Positions 55,681 through 64,000 of a stretch of DNA of 64,000 nucleotides are shown here, piece by piece (within the stretch, counting starts at the first letter, position 1; each line of letters opens with the position of its first letter). This stretch comes from Paramecium tetraurelia. Its lineage: Eukaryota. The position numbers were made by a program, and so were the translations under genes. The notes beneath the pieces were generated by a model that was given only the letters and a program-made list of their open reading frames with translations, did no database searches and had not been told where the DNA came from. The DNA lies in the NCBI GenBank assembly GCA_000165425.1, contig CT867998.1, positions 1 to 64,000 of the forward strand, read 5' to 3'.

Positions 55681-57524
55681 TCATTGTTATCCTTATTTAA
55701 CTAAATCATCGATAGATTTTATTGTTATTTATCTTTTTCTTATTGTTGATTATTCTACCTAATTGTTGCAGGCTTACTGATTTAGATAATTAACATTTTG
55801 ATAAGGCGATTTGGGATTTATCCTTTAAACTTCTTATATTTTTATGATAGATTATCCTCTAATTCTACTACTATTAACGTTGGTATTGTTATTTTGACTT
55901 GGCGGAGGCTTATTTACTTAAAAATACATTTATGGTGATCTCATTTAGTTATTCTTAGTAATTCAAAAAACATACTCACTCAAAATTCATTTTGACTCTA
56001 AAATCAACAATAATATTTAAGGAAAATAATCACTTTTTCTGTAGGGAAAACTTATTCACCTGCTGATATGATATTTTCAATTATAATATCAGTTTTACTA
56101 ATCTAATCTTAAATTAATTTAAAATCATTATCAAATGATTTAAAATACTCTCTTTCATAACCTATAAAAAAAGAAATATTCAACTTTTCCTTTATATTTC
56201 GGGTTAATTCATTAATCTTTTACTATATAGTTTTCTAGTTGTCTTATAGTAAATATAATTAATTGTGCATATTAGAATATTTGGAAATAACTTGTTAGTT
56301 TTGATTAAGTTAACTTTACAACTTATTAATTTATTCGTTATTAGAATTAAGTTCTAGTTTTAAATTATTGTACTCTTATTCAATTTTCTAATCAATTTAT
56401 GCAGAGAAAGTAAGTATTTCTCTAGACTCCTTTTAAAGGTCAATTGACATTTTTTAAGAAAAGCTTTTATATTAGAATTAGTATTCCTACTTGATTCCTT
56501 CTATAGTTTTGCTAAGCAAACTAACATTAATATTATTTTCGATGAATATAAAATTATTTAGCTTATTTAAATAATCTATTGATTGTTCCTTTATTTTTGA
56601 CATGTTGTTTTTAATCTTCTCATATTTATTCATTTTCTCCTTTAATTGCTACTAAATCAACTCATAATTTTTATTAAATTCCTTTTGCATAAATTGTTTG
56701 ATCTTTTCCTATTCCTAAGTTATTAATAAAGTCTTCTCATCTTAATCTTACTTGATAGCCTTATACTTCTTCGCAAAGCTCTTGAAATCATGTTCTTTAT
56801 GAGCATCTTTAAGGCATGTTTCACAATAAAAAGGGAAAGTCGAATTTTGAGTGAGACAATCCTTGTGTGTACAAAGATATTTCTATGGTTTAGAGTGAGC
56901 AACACATATTTTATACTAATTTGCAGCTTTTTCGTTTGCTTTTGGAATAGTAGTTTAAGGTAGATTGAAAAAGATATCAGATAAGTCAGATATAGAAAAT
57001 TTTAAGTCCTTTATAAAGTTGATCCTTGCTTCGATGTCTTTAATTTGAAGTTGTCTTTCGATCTCTTATTGCTAGCTTTCATTCTAATATTGAACTTCAT
57101 ATTATTCTGCTTTATTTAAACAATTATTTAATATTAAATCAAGATTTTATAGATTCAATACTGATTGTAACTCTTTGATTTTTATATTTAGTTTCTAATT
57201 TTCCTTCTCTATTAATCCATTTATTGATTTTTTCTATTAATCGTTCCATTTCAAATATATTACCTTTTGACTCTCTAGAAAATCTTAAAGTTTATTCTAT
57301 TCCTGAGTATTTTTCTATATAATCAATTCAATGAACCGAATTTGTTTATTACAGTTCATTTTTGCTATTGAGTGAACCTCCTCAATATTGTAAGGTGTAT
57401 GTTCTCTATGTTATTACCAATGACATTAGTAACAAAACATTTTATTACCTGTAATTTTTACACATTTTGGTAGCAAACAACTAAATTCTGCATTGCGTAT
57501 TTAGCAAATTTCACATCTATTCAT
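55681..57524 (-). CDS. Protein with two B-box-like zinc fingers and long coiled coils
   Basis: MNRCEIC..FSCLLPKC..FCYQCHWQQH and CVAH..YLCTHKDC..FYCETCLKDAHKEH, with Gln/Glu/Lys-rich helices. Intron positions and the 3' end are approximate. Confidence 0.65.
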
Positions 57525-58946
57525 TTATGATCAAATTTTATGAATATATTAATATATCATTTTATAGAATTATAAAAATACAAAACGAAAACTATTGTTT
57601 TTATTACACAATTTAAAAATATAGATTATTAGTATCATTAAGGAAAAGATGAGAGAATTAAGGTTATGTAAAATTGATTGATAAATATCTCAAATTAATA
57701 AAATAATAATCATTAATTTTGCAAAAATATGAATCTATCAAAGCTCAAATAAATAATATGAATCTTTAATCCTTCTACTAATTAGATTTACCTCTAAAGC
57801 ATATAAATATGTATTACAAAATTATTTTCAGACTTTATAATTTATTTAAAATGATTTGTAAATGAAAACAATACTATTAACTCAAAAATAAAAAATCATT
57901 TCTCATTATTTAATATGCAGATAAGCGTATATTGATTCCAATTTAATTGAGTTCCCAAATTGATAATATACATCCAAATTCATTCTAATAGATTGCAATA
58001 ACCATTATTTCATATATACTAAATAGATTTTGCAGTATAAAGTTTTTATTTTTAATGATTTATTTTTAAGGTGACAATTTTCAAAAAATAATTATAAAGG
58101 AATATTTTTCAGGGAAAATTTATGGTACAATATATAAAGAATATAAAGAACAGTTAAGTAATTATATATAAAATCTAATAATATTCTATAATTTTACAGA
58201 TAAAAAAGAAGTATTCTTTCTCAACAGTTATTTGTTATTTTAAAATCCGAATTGCTTCAAAAAATAAATTTGATGGTAATTTTATATTTTTATGCAAACT
58301 ATAAATTCAATATTCACATTAGGTTCTTAATTTTCTTTTTGGGAATCCAGTTTATAAAGACAACAAATAAATTTAAAAACTGGTTCCAAATAGTCCATTT
58401 ATGGGCCTAACTCTTTTCAGTAGTCTCTGCAGACAGAGACTAAGATTATTGGATTTGTGGTTGGTGCATAAAAAAGCTTCTTGGGAAGTTGTGTTACAAT
58501 TTGCCAACCTCTTACAAGAATTAATATAAATTTTAATATTAAAAATTTATGAAAGAAAAATAAATAAGAACTCAAATTTTAATGTTAAGTTGTGATATAT
58601 ATATAGAATAGCTTTGATATTGATATTGCTAAATTTCATTTCAAAATTTATCAGATAAACCTTAAGTGATGTTTGATAGTATTTTATATTTCTTTGAAGA
58701 TAATATAGAACTATTTAACATTTTAGTATTACTTGAGGTATTGTTAAAATGAAGAGAAAACATTTGAAATATTCTAATTCATTTCTTGAAATTCAATAAT
58801 GATGCTTCTATATATCATATTGTTTCTCTTACTTCTTTTTAATTTAGAACCCCTATAAATCTTTAAACTTAGAATTATTTCTTAAATAACCTTAAATTCA
58901 TATAATATTATGATTAGTAAAAAAATTGAAAGAAATAAATTAAAAT

Positions 58947-60116
58947 TCACACTAATTTAAGGGAAGTATGGATTGCTTAGAAGGCAGGACTTCTATCCAT
59001 TTTATTTTCATTTTATCTTTAAATGTTGTAATGAATCAATTACTAATCATTCGGCATTAACCTATTAGGTCTAATATTTAATGGGCCAAAAGATGTAACC
59101 ATGTCTTTTTCAGTTTCTTAATCCTCAGAATCTAATTGATAATCGATCATCATCATATGATAGGTATTTTCTATGTCATCCCTCTCTATCATTTAAGAAG
59201 GAGCTTCTTCATAGATTTCTTCTTGTTTAATTTCAAAGGGCGAGATATTATCATGGTCCTTTCTAGGAGTTTTACTCAAAGACGGAGGGATTTTTGGTTA
59301 TTTTGGTTATGTATACTGTTTTTTGGTTTCAACATTAGCACATATGCTGTCATTAGATTCTATTATATTTTTATGGTCTTGTAGATTTTTTTTAATTAAA
59401 CATGTTTTGAGTGGATGGACAGTCACGAGATGTGAAATGTTGATTGGTTCATTGAGAGTAACTTTTAAGACTTCAATGGGTGTTTTTTAGATGGATTCAG
59501 TTCTGTCAATGAACAATTATAGATTCTTATTATAGCTAGTCATAATTTCATTAAAAGGTTCATTTTGCATTTGTTTGAGAATTCCATCTAGATTGGATTC
59601 CACATCATTTTTCATGCTGATGGTCTCAGATTTTGAGATTTATAAGCAAGCTATGGAGTCATCATATAGTTTGGAAAGAGTTTTGAAGTTGGTGAATAAT
59701 TGCTGGAGCAATCGCATTTTTTCATCTTCTAAAATTTGGCTTATTTGGATGTGGAATTTTTCAAGGTTGTCTCTTTATTGATCGTAATATTTCTGAATGT
59801 CTTCTCGTTTGGCAATTAAGGCATTCATGAGTTTGTCGATTTAAGGTAATGAATTATTGACTGAGATAATAAATTTAAGGATTTGGTCTCTTCTATATTC
59901 ATCCTCTAATCCTGGGATTTCTTCGACCTTCCTTCCCTTTCCAACCATACTGACTGCACATTTGGAACACAATTACAATGAAAAGTCGTTTACAATACGA
60001 TATTTGGCTTTCTTATTTTAATGATTAATGCATGAATTCAGTTTATGATTTTAAAATGTGTTTTGATCATTTAATTTAATTTTAGAGGGAGTAAGTCTTT
60101 GTCTGGCAGTGGACAT
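58947..60116 (-). CDS. B-box-like (C..H..CxxC) coiled-coil protein, 389 aa
   Basis: Intronless frame MSTARQRL..CINHQNKKAKY..LCSKCA, then a helical region, ending LKLV-TGA. Confidence 0.78.
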
Positions 60117-60166
60117 AGGTTGAGAGGTAAATTTGAATTTTAAATTATTAAAGGAAGTAAAAATAT

Positions 60167-60400
60167 TCAATATTCATTAAATTTCTCATAGAGCACACGC
60201 TCATATTCCTTGCTAATGAGAGGGTCAGGACAGAATCGACTTTTGGTTTTGTCAGCTTTTTTGAGATTATACCTGTTATTAATTGTAGAGAATGGAGTAC
60301 CTGAATTTATAGGAATATGTAAGCATGGTTTAATTGGGTATGGGTTGGAACTCTGTGGATTCAATTTATTTTTCTAATTGTTATCGATGAATGACGGCAT
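60167..60400 (-). CDS. Small hypothetical protein (77 aa)
   Basis: ATG 60400 to TGA 60169-60167, filling the gap between two genes. Confidence 0.5.
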
Positions 60401-60486
60401 ATTTATCAATATTCATTGTAATTAAAAATATTGCTATTTAATATTGGACTTTAGAAAGAAATTGACAAAATAAAATTAAGTTCAAT

Positions 60487-61738
60487 ATGATACCATAAGT
60501 GCAAGAATCCGATTATCTTTACAGTACTCCAAAGTCATTCTCAACCAGAGCAATCCATACAGGATAACATGCTGAGCAAATTCACGGCAGTGTTAATGTT
60601 CCCATTCACTTGAGCACCACATATAAATAAAAGGCACCCGGTTAACCTTATTCTTCTTTCGATTACACAAGATGTGGTAATCCAACCAGAGCTGCATTGG
60701 AAGAGTGCATAGCAGATCTTGAACATAGCAACCATTGCATCACATTCTCATCTGGATGTGCAGCAATGTCTTGCATCATCAATCTCTGTAAACATGGTGA
60801 ATAAATCATCTGTTGTGATGATGTCTATGGTGGTACTCAAAGATATATGAGAAACTTCACTGTAAAGAATCATGGAATCGAAGTTTTGTTTGTAGACATC
60901 ACAGATCCTGAAAATGTGGCCAAGGCAGTCAATGAAAAGACCAAATTGATCTGGATTGAAACTCCAACTAATCCAACCCTCAAAATCGTAGACATCGCTG
61001 CAGTTTGCAAAATTGCCAAAGAAAACAAGATATTAACTGTGGTTGATAACACATTTGCTACTCCATATCTCTAGACTCCAAGAGACTTGGGAGCTGACAT
61101 CACTGTATTATTTTTAATCCTATAAACAGGTTAACTCTGGAACCAAATACATGGGTGGACACTCTGATGTCGTCTTTGGATCTTTGACTTGCAATGACAA
61201 GGAATTGTATGACAGATTGTTCTTCTCTGCCAAATCATAAGGAGGATGTCCAAGTGTTTTTGATTGCTATCTCATTATGAGAAGTTTGAAGACCCTAGAG
61301 TTGAGAGTCAGGTAGGCTACAAAGAATGCTTATATCTTTGCTAAGTATTTGGAAGGCAATCCCTTGGTTGAGAAAGTTATTTACCCTGGATTGCCCTCTC
61401 ATCCATAACACGAATTGGTCAAAAAACAATAAAGAGGAGGTGGAGCCATGATCAGCTTTTATGTTAAGGGAGGATTTGAAGAAACTAGTAAATTATTGAA
61501 GGCCTTAAAAATATTTACACTCGCTGAATCCTTAGGAGGAGTTGAAAGTATATTAATATCTTTAACCACTTATCTAGGTTTAATTGAAGTACCATCAGTC
61601 ATGACTCATGGATCAGTACCTGCTGATGTCAGAAACTAATTGGGAATTACAGACAATTTGGTTAGAGTGTCAATTGGTATTGAAAATATTGAAGATTTGA
61701 TAAATGATATGGAAGACGCACTTAAAGCATCACATTGA
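60487..61738 (+). CDS. CTH: Cystathionine gamma-lyase (Cys/Met metabolism PLP enzyme)
   Basis: TRAIH, YTRCGNPTR, DDVYGGT, ETPTNP, VDNTF, SGTKYMGGHSD (PLP Lys), LAESLGGVES and LVRVSIGIE. Two short introns. Confidence 0.93.
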
Positions 61739-63286
61739 ATATATATTAAGTAATGTCATATATACACAAGTATTAATTAGTCATTCTAGTATTCATAATT
61801 TTGCCCCATTTTTAATACTCTAACTAATTAATAATAACATTGTCTGTAATTAATACGAGTTGTTGTCTATTCAAATGGACATCAATATTACTTATTATTT
61901 TATTCAGATCCTTAATTGTCTTTCAAGTTCTCTTTCGATATCGGTGTTTCAAATTTGAAGCTCTCTCTGTCTTTCAACAATTTGATTATTATGCTATTAT
62001 TAAAATTCTTTATTAACATATATAACTTAAATATTTCTATATATATTTAAGATATGATTAATTTATAGTGTTATGCTATATTTCTCCAAATCCTTTACCT
62101 TGTAAATCTCTTGATATTAATTCATAAAAAACTCATTATAATTAAATTTTAAACACCAAATTTTAAATTCTATTGATATCAAAGTAAATAGTGAAGGAAA
62201 ATGTAAAATCAAATTTCTAGTAAATAATTAACCTTAGTTGAAGAATATTGAAACTGGTCTGAAAGTTCTTTGGGCTAATATTCTTTTCATAAAACTTAGA
62301 CACAATTTTCTATAATATAATTTAAATTAGAATTTATATTTTAATTTTTTAAATAATATGTTATTATTGATCTTTAATCTAATTCAGCATGCAAACTCTA
62401 ATTGTAAATAAAATACTTAGCAAATTTTCATGTATATTTATGTTTAAGAATTATGTTGGGATTGTGTTCAGCTTCTAACGAAAACTAATTCTATATAGAA
62501 AATAATTACACTGATGCGTAATTATGACACTAATATTAGCAACCTCATTAATTTTCAAATCCACTATAAACCTGTTTTTGATGGTGCACTAACACTGAAT
62601 TACAGTTGCATTACGTTAGCGATTCTAAAATTTGGTAGAGTTTTAATGTACAAAAAAAGAACAACTAATAATTAATTATATAAATACAATCAAAGTGCCT
62701 AGGTTCAGATAATTAATAATTTAAGATTATCACAGATTTAGTGTGTTATAGGAGATAAATAAAGGAGTGGAGATTTCAAATTATCTAATAATGATGATTA
62801 TGATATTATTGATGCTTATTTTCTTAATTAATTAGTTTACATGAATACTGGTAATTAAGATTATATATATATATATTTTAAATATAATTAATATATGGAT
62901 CAGAGTATGTTTGAGTAATTTGGGGGTGATGGGTCGATATCAGATTTGATAGATTAATTTTATTATAAGGTGTTATTCGATCAAAGTTTGAGAAGCATGT
63001 TTTTAAAAGCAGACATGACTAGAGTCAGATTGTAATAAAAGACCTTTTTCGCTTAAATGTTCGGTTGCATTCACACCAAATACACTGGAAAGTATTATTA
63101 CTAATGAATATACAGAGATCTAATAGAAGTGCATAAGAATTTGAGCATAACTGATCAATAATTTGATAGATTCTTACATCATCTTAAAAGTATTTTAGCC
63201 GACATGAATAAACCGTAAGAATTGATAGATTAAATATTGAAGAAGGTCGACAGCCATAGAAATTTTATTGTGTTTAAATGATATAT

Positions 63287-64000
63287 TCATTATTTTTTTC
63301 TTCTATTATCCAAGTCTTTAAAATTCTATTCTTCCAATTACAATTTGGCTCTATAAAAAGATAAAATAATTTATACTTTTGTGCATCCTCCATCTTTTGA
63401 CTCTTCATAAATATGAGATCATCTCTTTTGGTAGTATCAGATTCTAACACTTCTTAAGGCGAGATCCATGGCTTCTTTTCTTCGTCTATTTACCAAAGTT
63501 TCTCTTCTCCAAAGAGCAATCCTTCCAACCAGGATCCGATTCCTTATTAAAGAAGAGTTCTACAATAATAAATATATAGTATTACTCTGTTTTATTTCCA
63601 TTTTCATCAGTTTGCACTTCAAAAATGTCTACTTCTACAATGTCGAAGATTTTGGCTTATTCCTAAGACTTGAAGAAAGAAGTAATTTTGGACATCATCC
63701 CTTCAGCATTGTAATTGAATGTAATAACTGATTTCACACCAGGTCCTTCTATAACCATCTTGCCTTGCCAATTCAAAAGTCGATCTCCCATCACCAATCC
63801 AGTTATTTCCCTTAATTTTATATATTTAGAGTTCAATACATAGTTGGTCTCTATGCACACTTATACACAGCACCATTATTGAAGATTATGGTTTATCTAC
63901 CATTCTGCACTCCTGTTAATGAATTGACAGTCTTGTGCACTTAAATTTCTAATCTGTCATCTCCGTATATTTTATAATTATTTCCCTATATGTAATAAAA
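63287..64000 (-). CDS. Oxysterol-binding protein (ORD) C-terminal part; 5' end lies beyond the window
   Basis: EITGLVMGDRLLNWQG, GSWLEGL, LESDTTKRDDL and AQK..AKLQLEEQ..D..R match the ORD C-terminus. Short introns. Confidence 0.8.

Overview
AT-rich ciliate DNA, almost certainly the end of a Paramecium macronuclear chromosome. Three features support this: degenerate C3A3/C4A2 telomeric repeats at 1-50, TAA/TAG read as Gln with TGA as the only stop, and GT-AG introns of 21-30 nt with very short intergenic spacers. The supplied standard-code ORF track therefore shows only fragments or antisense shadows, and all gene models below are manual translations in the ciliate code. The first ~35 kb is a subtelomeric accessory zone. 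It holds a TPR gene cut by the telomere, a decayed CK1 kinase, and a ~2660-aa NACHT + pentapeptide + WD40 (NLR/NWD-like) gene with an N-terminal LRGG|GACC motif. It also holds two inverted, tail-to-tail duplications of one uncharacterised ~400-aa pseudokinase-like family, each pairing a frameshifted copy with an intact one, plus a miniature ArgRS-like gene and a probably GPI-anchored Gln/Gly-repeat protein. From ~35.8 kb the window is dense housekeeping sequence: ROMO1/Mgr2, asparaginase-ankyrin, DUSP, ARF, a PHTF-like membrane protein, BiP, a sterol desaturase-family gene, cystathionine gamma-lyase and a partial OSBP. Single-base insertions in ARF and BiP suggest consensus errors, so 1-nt frameshifts elsewhere need caution.
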